A stretch of DNA of 64,000 nucleotides from Octopus sinensis (lineage: Eukaryota), in assembly GCF_006345805.1 (NCBI RefSeq), contig NC_042998.1, positions 106,702,001 to 106,766,000 on the forward strand, read 5' to 3'. Positions 38,656 to 51,887 of the stretch are shown here, piece by piece. Each line of letters begins with the position of its first letter. Positions within the stretch are counted from its first letter, which is position 1. Under the pieces are notes generated by a model. It searched no databases. It was not told the origin of the DNA and saw only the letters and a program-made list of their open reading frames with translations. Made by a program: the position numbers and the translations under genes.

Positions 38656-41600
38656 TATTTAACCATTTCAGATTGAACTGTTTATGATTCAACTTATTGC
38701 AGTTACTTCTATTCTTACACATCACTTAACTGTTTTGTGAATGTGAGGTTTTGAAAGCACTTACGTTTTTGAGATGCATGAAAGTGCACAAATGTCCAAA
38801 TTTGAAATCTGGACACTTCAGTCATTTTGAATTGGATTGCTATTTCAGGTTTATCTGCTAAATATTTAAGCAGTAATATTCAATGACAAAAGGGTTCAAA
38901 AGTTTCCCCACACAAAAAAAAAAAGATCTTAATCTTCCAAAATTGGAGGGCAAATCTTTTCTTTACTTTTGGATTGAAAACTTTTTATACTTTGTCAGAA
39001 TATTTTGAATGAAAGAAAGTAAATCCCTGATGATCAGTCAACCATAAGATTTCAAACTTAATAATAATTCACCAAAATTTCACTGCTCAGTGAATGAAAA
39101 TTCTGTCAAACCAATTTCATTACTTTATGATACTGTTAGAAAAGAGCTCTATTGAACTGATAATTGCAGGTTATTTCAACTCTAATTTGTAGGCAAAATC
39201 TAATGGTTGGGATACCGGTGGCACACAATGGGGGGCTGCAGCTATGGCTTCCAAATATAGACCAGCAACTAACTGGCATGATAATGACATAAATTCTTGG
39301 AATCCTCAAAGAAAGGTGAGTTAGAAGGCTTTTGGAAACAGATATTTCAATCTACCAAAGAGACTGGCTTCTTTAAGACAATAAACCTGTATATGCTGAC
39401 GTGTACATATATGTTAGGCCTTCTCATGTATATCACATCAACAAACTTAAACCACATTTATAGTTTTATTGGCTTTGAATATTTTCATCAACATTTCTGA
39501 AGTTAGTTTAGAGGATGTTTCTGTTGGGGTTGGTTATTGTAGTAAAATAAATAGGTTTTTAAAAAATTCGGAAAACAATTTGCAGATTTTTCTTCTGAGC
39601 ATTTTTAATTTCTTCAATTAAATAAAAAGTTCTTTTTGTCCTTCCCTTTTATTATTCTTTTTTTATTACTTTAAATACAGTAATAATTATTATAAATATT
39701 ATTAGTTTTGTAATTGTTAATAAAAGAAATCATCTTTTTTGTAAGCTGTAAGAATAAATGTGTAATCACATTCAAAATGGCTGGTAAATATGGTGATTAT
39801 CTGAATGTGTTATTTTCAATTACTGTTATCATGCATTTTGCTGATTGTGACAATACTCTTTGTTATGTAATATTGTTGACACAACCAAAATCTTGATATC
39901 TTTTAGATTATATTTGTTTTGTTTTGTTTTTAAAAATCCCTTTAAAAGATACACTGTATCAAAATAGTAATTTGTAAACAAATAGTTATAAGACATTTTA
40001 TAAATATATAGCTATATTATATATGTAAAGTTTTGCCAATAATTTTACTAGGACTTTAAATTATTTTGTTATAAATTTTTTCTTTTGGACATTTTTGTTC
40101 TACTTTATGTCTAAATTGTTAAAGTAGTAGTAGAATTATTAAATCTTTTTAAAATTTACATTTCCAGATAATATTGTTATACTTTGGGAGGGTTGTATTG
40201 ATCAAAATTCTTCCAAAACAAATTAAAAACTAAAATTTCTGGCTTTTGTTGCAATATTTTTTTTTATCATGAGTTTTATAGTTACATAAATTTAATGAAA
40301 CAGTTTTCAAATTTTACAGAAAATTTGTTCATGCTTTCATTTTTTATTATTATTATTATTTTATGAAGTTTTAATAATTTAGATAAAAGAATAATGTTTA
40401 TATTTCTGAAATAAATTATTAAGGACTATCTTTTTATCTGACTTATAGCTCCATTTTATGTATTTATATCTACCATTATTTCTCTTGATTTATTTCTAAT
40501 CACTTTCCAATTTCTCCTCTCTACATTAAAATCATATTTTCAAATGAGATATCATTTATTGATTGTTGCAACTGTGTAATGTCAGGTATTATGACTACTC
40601 GGTAATGTCATTGTGAAAAGTATGGCATGACAACTGAATAGTAACAGTATTATGAAAACAATAGTATGTGACAAGTAAGTGACAATCTGGAAACAATTGA
40701 GGAGAGGGTGACAACTGACTTGTAGCACTGTGAAGACAATAAAGTGTGATGACTGGGTAGTAGCTCCATGAAGGCAATTAGAGTGACAGCTGAGTAGTAG
40801 CACAGAAAATAGAGGTGTGGAATGGGTAAACTGAGTAGTTGTTTATAAACAGTGGAGTAAAATGTGACAACTGAATAATGAAGTAGAGTATGATGACTGA
40901 GTAATAATAACACTGACGACAATGGAGTAGAGTGTAATTGTCTGAGTTGTAACACTGAAGATAATGGTGTTGATTGTAATGAATACATAGGAACACTGAA
41001 GACAGTGGAGTAGAATGTAATGGCTGAGTAGTAACACTGTGATGACAGTGGATTCTAATATGAAGATTTACAATGGTGTTGTCTAGAAAATAGTTTAGTG
41101 TACATTGTATAGTGTTTATTGAAGACTGATATGATTGAGTTGTGTGGTAGGTAAAAGAATAGAAATTACTGACTAAATTATACACCATGTGTCATTTGCT
41201 TACACTAATTGGAACTGTATGGCAAGAGGAAAAGAAAGACTTTGAAATATTTTGGGGAAAATAAAGGGAAATTTTTTCACAATATTTGCTTCTTTAAAAT
41301 TGTTTTACTTCTACTTAGAATTCCTTGACATATTTATATATCATTGACTCTTGAATGATCTTCACTGCTTGTGCTGGAAGACATTCTTAGAAATTAAGGC
41401 AGTGGGCATCTAGTGTGTTTCATCATATGTTAAAACTCAGTGCATATTTGTGCCTACTATGTCTTGTTAATAAGCAGCTTTCATGTAAGATTAGTAATTA
41501 GTACATAATAGAACACAAGCAATATAAATCTACATGTAAATTAGTATAAAAAAAGAAAAAGACTTAAAATTCTATAAAATGTCCTCTTTTTCTTATAGGA

Positions 41601-44600
41601 AAGTTGCATTCATTGAAAACAATTCTTTCACATTAAAAAGAAAGGCTTTCGCATCTTACAAATGACTTGTAATCTATGAGTAATTATAAAACTGAACTGA
41701 AATTACCTTTATTTGGTTTTTTTATTTCAATTCTAACTTGTAACCACTGATATAGGATAATGGAAAATGTACATCACAGATTAAGTTCCCAAAATATAGA
41801 ATACCTTTCCAATAACTATTGCGTAGTCTCGTTTCTTCTTTAGTCTTCTGAAACTTGCATTGAAACTTTTCTCATCAGTGCTGGTACCTTGTGAAAATCA
41901 TGCAGTATATTCAGTAAAGTGGTTGGCATTATTAAGGGCATCCTGCTGTAGAAACCATGCCAGATCAGACAATGTAGCTTGATGCAGCCTTACCAGCTCT
42001 TATTAAACCATCAAATTTCTGCCAGCATTAAATGATGATGAAGCTACATGCTTCTACAACTCTAGGATTGACTACTCTCTATAAATTTGTTATCATGAAA
42101 ATCAAGTGTTGATTGCTTATAAGGTCATTTTTCTAAATCTTCTAGAGTTACAAACAGAAATGGAATATTTAAATCTTAAGTAAACCTATTTATTGTTTCC
42201 AACTCCAGTACTGTAAGCTTTGAAATGGCATGAGAAACCATTAGCAAAAACAAGAAGAGTCATAAGATCTTAATCTGTTGAGAATGCCTTTGAATGAGAT
42301 GCCCTTGTTCTTTGGGATATTTGAGCAAAAAGCACCATCCATTCGTGGCCGTTGCCTGCCTCGCCTGGCCCCCATGCCGGTGGCATGTAAAAAGCACCAT
42401 CCGATCGTGGCCGTTGCCAGCCTCGCCTGGCCCCCGTGCCGGTGGCACATAAAAAGCACCATCCGTCCGTGGCTGTTTGTCAGCCCCATCTGGCACCTGT
42501 GTGGGTGGCACGTAAAAAGCACCCACTACACTCACGGAGTGGTTGGCGTTAGGAAGGGCATCCAGCCGTAGAAACACTGCCAGATCAGACTGGGCCTGAT
42601 GCAGCCTTCTGGCTTCACAGACCCCAGTTGAACCGTCCAACCCATGCTAGCATGGAAAGTGGACGCTAAATGATGATGATACCTTGTTTGTTAACACATT
42701 TGACTGGCCATATAGAGGCACCACTTTGAAGAATTTTTAGTCAAATGAATTGATCCCAGTACTTATTTTATTTTAAGCTTGGTACTTATTCTATTGGTCA
42801 CTTTTTGCCAAACCACTAAGTTATGGGGACAGTAATACACCAATGCTGGTTACCAAATTGTGGAAAACAAGAAACATGACAATTTTTAAAAAATGAATAG
42901 GCAAAAAGAGATTTTGGTGTCCTAGCAGAGCTACAAATATCTAAGTAACTACAATTCTTTAATTTAAATTTAAAAGTTATTGATTAGAGATTTTTTTTTT
43001 TACTTGACACTTGGTGAGTAAGTTATTCAGTAAATTCTAACTCCATTACCATATATTTCCTTGAACTGTTAGGCTCAATCATACTATGTTATTTACTTAA
43101 TTAGCTGGAAAATATGTATCGCTCATATTTTTGCGAAGAAATTCATATCTGGAAGGGCATCTAGCTTTTAGAAACTTTTTTTTTGCTAGTTCGTTAAGTA
43201 CTAAGGAAAGTGCTTTTTTTTTTCTTCCACTCTCCAAATGTTTTAAAATATAAATTGCTATTAAATTTTTGAAATCTAAAAATATAATCTGTGTTGTCAG
43301 ATGTCATGTATTGCTTGCCGTTCAATGATAATCTTATTAAACTAACATGTTTTTATTAACAACATAACTCTTTCATTTCTAAGAGCCTGGGAATACTATA
43401 AATCTTGTCTTGTTCCCTCCTTCTCCTTTTCTCTTTTTTTGTCTCTCAACATCATCTTTAACTTCATTTTTTACTGCTGTGTGTATTTTTTGTTTAATCA
43501 TGGTAAATTTAAATTGTTAGAATAGTTTCCCTAAAAAGGATTATGTTTAATTTACAGTTTTCATTATGTCAACTTAGAAATGCTGATATATTGCTATTAC
43601 TTCTTCCGTTTCCATATTAAGTTGTTGGCCTCAGACATTAAACATTCTGAGTATGATTCTCTACAACAGGGTTGGAATGAAGATAGCAGTATAGGTAATC
43701 CTAGTGTTGATACTGCTTGGCATGATGCTGACATGGGCACATGGAATGAGGGACCTCAGGAAAATAGTTCATGGAGTAGTGCTCCCGGTTGGAAAGGCAA
43801 ACGGAATAATTTCAAGGTAAGCAATTTCAAGTAGAGAGTGCTTAATACATTGTAAATATATTAGCTGAAAGCTGAGGCCCTAGACAATTAGTCCAAAAAG
43901 TTAAATGTTTTTGAACCGTGAGAGAATTTTGCCCTTATCTTTAAAAGTTTAGATAAAATTAGAAACATTATTTTTGTGATCAGCAGTACCATTTATCATC
44001 TGTTTTCTGTGCTAGCATGGGTCAGGCCTTTCAACAGGAGCCAGTGATCCAAAGGTTTGTGCCAATCTCCAATGTCTGCTTTGACATGGTTTCTATGGCT
44101 GGATGCCCTTCCTAATGCCATAAATATTTACTAAAGTAAAAAAATCAAATTCTAAGCACTTAAAATATTTGAATTAGCAAGAGTATGTTAACCTGAAAAA
44201 AGTTGATGTAAAAAGAAAATAAAAATAGAAAAAAACTGTATATTTTCGAATATATTACAGTAACTACTTTTACCACACATCTTTGAAGTCTTGTGAAATG
44301 AAAATTAGCACTGGTAAAATTTGAAATGAAAGCTAAACTATTGAATCATGCTTCATCAGCTTATGATTGAGGCAGCAGAAGTGGGTAATAAAATCATAAA
44401 TTTGATTAATCAAAATAGTAAAGAAGTAAAAAGCTAGTCTGATAGTTTAGAAATTATATTTATTGTCTTGCTTTGAGGAAAGAAGTGGATGTATCAGTAG
44501 CCTTAGCAAGACCTCCAAGACTAGTGAGATTGATGCCATTAACATTCTGCTTGAACTATTACAAAAAAAAATGTGTGAGTAGGGACTGACATGACATTCT

Positions 44601-47600
44601 GAGGAGAAAGACATGCTAAAGTGGCTATTTCAAGGCCGGGGAAGTAAGACAGAATATGGGTGACAAATGGTGGAGATATGAGTGAGTCAGAGCTGCCTGA
44701 GTGGAAATGGCACTTTGCTCCAAGGAGCAGATTCTAGTGTAGAAGTAGTTGTAAATACAGAGAAAAGAGGTCGCATATTTGTGGACCAATATGGAGTGTG
44801 ATTGTGATTCCATGCCAATCACTCAAGTAATTTATTTGGATGCAGTCTAAGATGTGTCTGTGTGTGTGCACATGTGCATGTTGCTGCTGCAGCAGTAGCA
44901 TCAATATCTTGGGTGTGAGAGCAATGTTACATTGTGGTATCATCTGAAATTTGTGGAAGATTAGTTGTTATTTGTTGCTGATATATTTTCTAGCTCTGTA
45001 GTGGATGACCAGTCTTTGAGTTGTAGTTCTTTTCTACATGGAACAGTTACTTTTACTACACAATACCCTTTTTCATTGCTAACAACTAAAACATTAAATA
45101 ATGCTTTGTGGTGTCTCTCAAGCAAAATGTAATTGATATAGTAAGATTTGATAAACACATTTACATAGACATAGTTTTCATGAACATCCATGTAGACACA
45201 AACAAACACTGGTTATTTGGTAATAATTCCAAGCTAAATTTTCTTTCTCAATTACAATTAAATATTGTAGGGAAGAAATAATTATGTTTCATTTTTACAG
45301 GGTGCTAACAAGTTTCCCGGTGGTGGTAGCCAAGCTCCTCTCATGAGAGTGAAGCTTTTGCAGCAACTCACTGACATGGGTTTCAAGGTAAGCTTTCATT
45401 AAACTATTTTGTTAAAGGAATATCTGAAGCTAGCTCTCATAGACCAGCTAAATATTTTCTCTTTTATCAATCTTACAGTGTATTTAAGGAGTGTTGATTA
45501 ACTGAGTTTTTTTTTTTAAAGTTAACTTTCCCTCCCCTTAATTCTATGCATTTTTCATGTCTCTTTGTATGGAGGATCAAATATATGATTTATCAGCAAT
45601 TATAGAAGTTGTGTGGTTCATTGGATACTGTGTGTTAGCTTGAAAGTTTAATTCACAAACTGAAAGTACAACTTTTTTTTTCCTTAATTTTTCTCTTCTA
45701 AAATCGTATTGCATTGCCGTTTATTTCCCTATTGTTCCCCTTTCCAACCTTGTTATTTCTTGTTGATATATTTTGTTTTTGTTAACTTCTACTTTCTATA
45801 AACCATTTTTTTTTATGTATTGCCTCTTTGTATTACCCTCAATGCTTTGTAACCTTGTAAATAAAAGAAACTTATTATTATTATTATAGAGAGATGATGC
45901 CCAAACTGCCCTGATCAACCATAACATGAACTATGATAATGCCCTCGGTAAGATTGTAAATCAAATATTGATTTTCTATTAATTTATGACCTATTAATAT
46001 AAATAATATGGAGGTTACTTAGATATACAGATAGTTAGCAAGACCATTTTGGTCTCAAAATTTGTAATATGTGATTGGTTTTAAATGAGATATTAAAACA
46101 TATATACTTCAAAATAATATTTTCTAAAACAATACATTCACTGGGAATATATCAACTACAAATAGTACAAAGTATTTCCATGAGTAAATCATTATATGTT
46201 CTAAGTTTCCTATTTATTGGGATATTTTTTATTTCACCAACAGCTAGTCAGTTTAAAAGAAAAGAAACTCATTTCAAGTACTAAGAAATATAATGCTTGT
46301 AATTGATTTATACATTCCTCTATTCTAATTTTGTATATTCTAATTATACTTTGAAATTTGTATAATGAAGATAAGATTTTCGTTATTTGATTAGTTTCTA
46401 GTTTTCTATTTAATTAGTTTGGTTGTCTTATGTTTTATGACTTGTAGATTTTCTTTAGCTATATCTAAATGATCTGTTTATTTAATCATTTATTTAATAA
46501 ATGATCTGTTTATTTACTTTTTTAGCTGATTTGCGACAAGGTGCTACAGCTATGAAAAAAGATGAGGATGTATTCCAAATGGATTCCAAACGCAAATTAT
46601 CTGGAATTATTGATACAGCTAGTGGCTTAAATGATGACATATCTGATAGTCAGTCTGACAGTAGTCATTTTGTGCCTAATATCTCCATGCAAAATACTCC
46701 ATTTCCAACTGCTCAATCTCAGCTCTCCAATCAGTCACACACACTCCCTCATAAAGCAATCTCTAGTCTACCCCCGCCTATTATGAGTAATAATCAGAAT
46801 GCTATCCTTCAGCAAAAAGTTCTGCATAAAATGAACCAGCAGCAACAACAGCAGCACCAGCAGCAACAACAACAATCATTACAAATGAGCCAAGGCCCTC
46901 AAACACAGCCATCGCAACAACAGCAACAACATCAACCAGCAACACCTCCTCAAGTGCAATCACATCCTCAACAAGTAATGAACTCTACACAGGGACCGGT
47001 AGGTGGTCGTGGAAGTGGTGGTAGTATTAGTGTCAGCACTAATAACCCTGGTGCTAGTGGAAATACAGTTACTGCAGGAGGGAGCAACACTAGTGGTGCT
47101 GGAAGTAACAACCAACTTCCAACCACTAACACTGTGCAACAGCAGTTAGCACAGCACCAAATCTTGCAACAGCTTCGAATGGCCGTCCAGGCAGGGCTTA
47201 TCAGCCCACAATTGCTAAACCAGCAATTGCCTCCTCCAATGCTCCTTCTTTTGCAGCAACTTCTGCAAATGCAATCAGGCTTGCAACAGCTTGTTACAAG
47301 GCAGCAGTTCCTACAGCAACAGAACCGAAATGGTAGTGGTGGGAATGCCAGTCACACTCAAAAGCAAATGGACCAAACAATCAATCGATTTAAGACACAA
47401 ATGCTGCAGCTACAGCAGCAAATAGCTCAGGCCCAGCAAAATCTTCCCAAACCTCAAAATATACCTGAACCAATAGAGGCTTTCTCACCCTTGCAGAATG
47501 ATATGACCAACATATCCATATCCACCTGCTCTCAGTCCCGTCTTCTCAACCAGTGGAAACGTCCTTCTCCTGATAAAGATGCCAATATTCCCCCTGATCC

Positions 47601-50600
47601 AATGATGAATAAGGCTGTGGGTTCCAAACCTCTCCATCACCCTATGTCTTCTTCAAATTTAGGAAGATATGACTTGAGTCTTGGCCTCAGTGATTCAACT
47701 TGGTCAAATGCCCCCACAACTTCATCCCAAAATTGGCCCAATGTATCTCCAATTGGAACAAATAGTCAAGTTGAATCTTCCAAAGACATTTCTCAAGTGA
47801 AGGAATCTCAATCTGCTAGCTCTTCATCTGCACTCAATTTGAATGATATGATTCCAGAATTTGTCCCTGGTAAGCCCTGGCAAGGAATTACTGGTACTAA
47901 AAGTGTGGAAGATGATCCATACATCACTCCAGGAAGTTTTTCTCGTTCACTGAGTGTTAATACTATAAAAGATGATTATTTGAATAACTTTTCCTCTAGT
48001 ATTACCAAAGCCGGTCCAATTGTCACTTCAGAATCATGGCCAATGAAAGACTTCCCTAAGACAAGCAATTCATCTCAAACAATTGGTGGTGGAACTCAAA
48101 AGAATTGGAGCTCAGCTGATTCTGTTACTACTCCCACCAGCTTCACTTCTGAGGTCTGGGGTGTGCCTTTGCAACCCAAATCTAGTGGCAATTCTGCTCG
48201 CCCTCCACCAGGCCTTGTTCATAACAAAACTACATCAGCATCCACATCCAGCTGGAACAGCAGCTCTTTTCCTGGCAGCCGTCAGGTATCTTGGTCTGGA
48301 AGATCAACTGAACCATTCCCTTCAGGTTAGTGTCATTAGTCTCTTAAAAACAAAAATAACCTTTACCTTAAATGTTAATTTGAATTATGGTTTTCAAACT
48401 GCTTTGAGGAAGTATTTGTTTATTCAGTGTTTTCTCTCAACTTGATATATGTTTTGAAAAATATGTAACATTTTAAGTATGTTAACAACTAGGTTTTTCT
48501 ATTTCTACTTGGTTGATGTTTTAAACAAATTTTTCAAATATTGTATTAAAATAAGATATTCAGTAATCTATTTAGAGTGTAAAATAGCTGATAGAACAAA
48601 TAAGAGCTGTAAAGGTAATGTAGCTGAGAGCTCAAAGTACAAGAGTATCAGCAGAAATTTATGTACTTCAATGATAAAGATAATTTTGATACTATGACGG
48701 GTGTCTTTCCACTGCAGCAACATGTGATTCGTGATTTCTTCTACACATCCATCCCTTGAATATCATGGAAGCCCTGCCACAGTCATGGGTATTACCCTTC
48801 CCAATAAAGCTATAGTTACATTATGCTTTTGTAAAAGATGTCTAATTACTAAGTCACCAATCAATTAATCTGTTGAAAGTGCACTAGTACCTATTCTGAC
48901 CAAGACACTTATCTTTCAACAGACAAGTCCATTTCACTGTGAGCAGGAATAGAGGATGGTTTCGTTCACCTCTAATCATTTGTAGCACGAGAAATGTTGA
49001 GTATTGTTTTACATATCTGGGTTCAATTCATAAAGAAGTTTTATCAGATATTTACTGAAGGATCAAATTTCAAGAGTTTTGAAAGAACAAAAAATATTGA
49101 GTTATAAATAGGTTATCTTGTAGATAAATTCATCACAAATTTACTAGCCATTTGGAATTTTGCTTCTGTTTGAGTTTTATTAATGGCAGATATGTTATTA
49201 TTCTCCTAAAAACAATCAAAAACTTATTTGTTCTTCAGCTTGGTATTTTTTTTTTGTTTTCTTTTCTTTGATATGATAGTCTTTAAATATTTTTCCACGT
49301 TTGATTGTTGATGTCTTTATTTATGCTGTCAAAATTCTCCAAGACCTTTCAACGAATGGCATAAAAAAAATCTTTTCTTTTCAGAACTATTTTTGTCAGT
49401 TATACAGCTGTACAAATTTTGAAATAAGGTGAAATATGATATAAAAGCATAAAATCAAAAGTAGATATATATATTATTATGGACTCATTATTAAACGGTA
49501 GATAAGGGTTTCACAATTTTTTGCTGAACAAAAACACAGATTTGTTTATAGTGATCAAATGTTTGTGTCACACATTAGCTCATTCCCTCCCATCAAATCA
49601 ACTTTGGTCAAAATGATCACAGCAACATGAAATGAAGTATTTTGCTCAAGAACACAACACACCACCCGGTCCAGGAATCAAGATCATGATCTCATGATTG
49701 CAAGTGCAACACTCTAACCACTAGGCTATGTGCTTTCACTAAATATATGTATACATAAGCAAGTCTGCTCTATGAGGATAAAGTGACATCTTGGTGTGCT
49801 TCTTCCTGTTGCAACAACCCATGAATCCTGTTTCTTTCTTCTCACCTGTCTCAGAGCCTGTACAAGGGTCACAAGCACTCTTCTCTTTCTCCTATCTGAA
49901 AACAATAAAATAAAACTGTAGAAGTCTCTATATTATATGAACTTAACTGGAGCAGGCATGGCTGTGGTTAAGTTTGACAGCACTGTGCAGTACCTTAGGC
50001 AATGACATGTATATGCATTGGAAAATCCAGAGTTTTTAAAATGTTGGATAGAATACCTTATGGTATTTGTTATCTCTCTATCTATTCCTTGAATTCAAAT
50101 CAACTTTGTTTTTCATCCTTTCAGGGTAGATTTTAAAAATTGTACCAAGCCAAGAGTGGTGGATTAGTAGAATTGTTAGAATGTTAACTGGGATGCCTTG
50201 CAACATCTGTGCTGCCCCTGTGCATTCTGAGTTCAGATCCCACTCTGTCATCAAAACGTTGACACTGATTTTCAACCAATAGATAGTATCAGCAATTCAA
50301 GAAACTAATAATGTTGTTACTTAGTTTGATCTGAAGGTCAACTGCCACCACAGTGTTTGTCAGTGTGGGATGGCAAGAAATTGATTCCTCAAATGGAAAT
50401 ATCTAGCAGTAGAGTGATTCGTATTGATTCCTTCCTTTATGCTCAGTTAACTTTTGTCATTGTCATTACCTGATGTTAACTAAACATATATCTAACTATT
50501 GATATTAGCTAAAACATTTGAAGGCACTACTGTAACATGTATGCAGTCCGGTGACTAGAGCCAGTTAAAGAATAGACTTTTACCTCATCGAAATCCATAT

Positions 50601-51849
50601 ATAAAATCATGGTAGTCTTCCTTCATGTCAATTAGTTCTCTGTATTCTTTATTCTTTGATGAATTATTGCTATTTTAGCTTATTTCTATTCTTACAATAT
50701 CAATACCTACATTGTATGTTTGAGTGTTTGTGTATTTTTCAATTCTAAAACTCAACATTTGGCAGAAATGCTTTGAGTTAATATCTTGGGATGTCATATT
50801 AAAAACAGTATAAATCAAAAGGTGTGGAATAAAATTTCCTGTAAAAATTACTTAGTCCTGCATTGCATAAATCTTGTTCTAATAGTATTCATCAAAAACT
50901 TGAGTGCTATTTATGAATGTTAATCCAGTGAGAGGCAAGGCTCTTTTTTAGACCCTTTAGTATTTGAATTGTCAGAATAGTTAATAAAAAAAAAGAGGGT
51001 TAAATACTTCTGTTTCAGTTACAAATAGTTAAAGAATTTTATTACAATTCTTGAGAATTATTTCAAAATTAATATGTATCCATGTTTATTTTCTTTTTAA
51101 ACATTGCATTATGCATGTCACACACAAAGAAAAGAAAAATTTGAGAACATTTTCTTCATAAAAGTAGTTTCTTATAGTTTATCAAAAGCTATTGTAGCTA
51201 TAAAACATTTTAAACTTATATTTTAAGATCTCTTTTTACTATTCCTTATAATTATTCTTTTCAGTCAACTCGTCCGCATCATGGGTTGTAAGTAACTGGT
51301 TGGTCCTCAGGAATCTCACTCCCCAGGTCAGTTTTTCTTTTATTTCTATACATTTATCAATGATAAGACTGTCAAAATGAAGTAGAAGTAAAATTTATTT
51401 AAATAATAATATGATCCTTACAAAGTATAAATCCTAATTTGATAGTTTATTTTTAGAGTTTGATCTCAAGTATATATTTTTGATAGCATCTGAATGTTCT
51501 CATATTGAGCTATATGCAGATTATTCTCTTAAAGTTAAATGGAGAAAACTTTAATAAAGTTTTGTTGTTTAACTTACCTAACCAATCATTTCAGGTTTTG
51601 GAAACCTGATGAAAAATGAATATTAAATGTATTAGAAAGTTTTATTATATTGCAATCTGTCTAGAGCCTTCAATTTCTCTCAATGTTATGTTTGAAGGTA
51701 ATCCTACAGAAGCTTATAATATTGAACTAGCTATGTTAATGGAATTCCTTCTAGAAATTTACACAAATATGTGCTGTTTGAAATCAGCATAAATTTTTTT
51801 CTAATAAAAATATAAAGGAAGATAACATTGGCAACATTATAAAATATTG

Positions 51850-51887
<38 letters not shown>

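Noticed and set aside
42327-42523. CRISPR-like periodic repeat
   Set aside because: Units are head-to-tail with no unique spacers, the context is eukaryotic, and there are no cas genes.
42241-42640. Minus-strand ORFs (93 and 126 aa) with repeated peptides, followed by an AATAAA
   Set aside because: Generated by the 62-bp tandem unit of the retroposon running into flanking DNA; no splice or homology support.
43635-43669. Alternative acceptor CCTCAG| at 43634
   Set aside because: Phase 1, incompatible with the phase-0 donor at 39315.
48285-48291. Alternative phase-0 donor CAG|GTATCT that could skip the 62-nt exon in frame
   Set aside because: Weak at positions +4 and +5, and it would delete RRM beta1; no supporting evidence in the sequence.
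48680-48970. GC-richer block in the intron after the 1.8-kb exon
   Set aside because: No usable splice pair, ORF or recognisable repeat motif; probably an unidentified old TE fragment.
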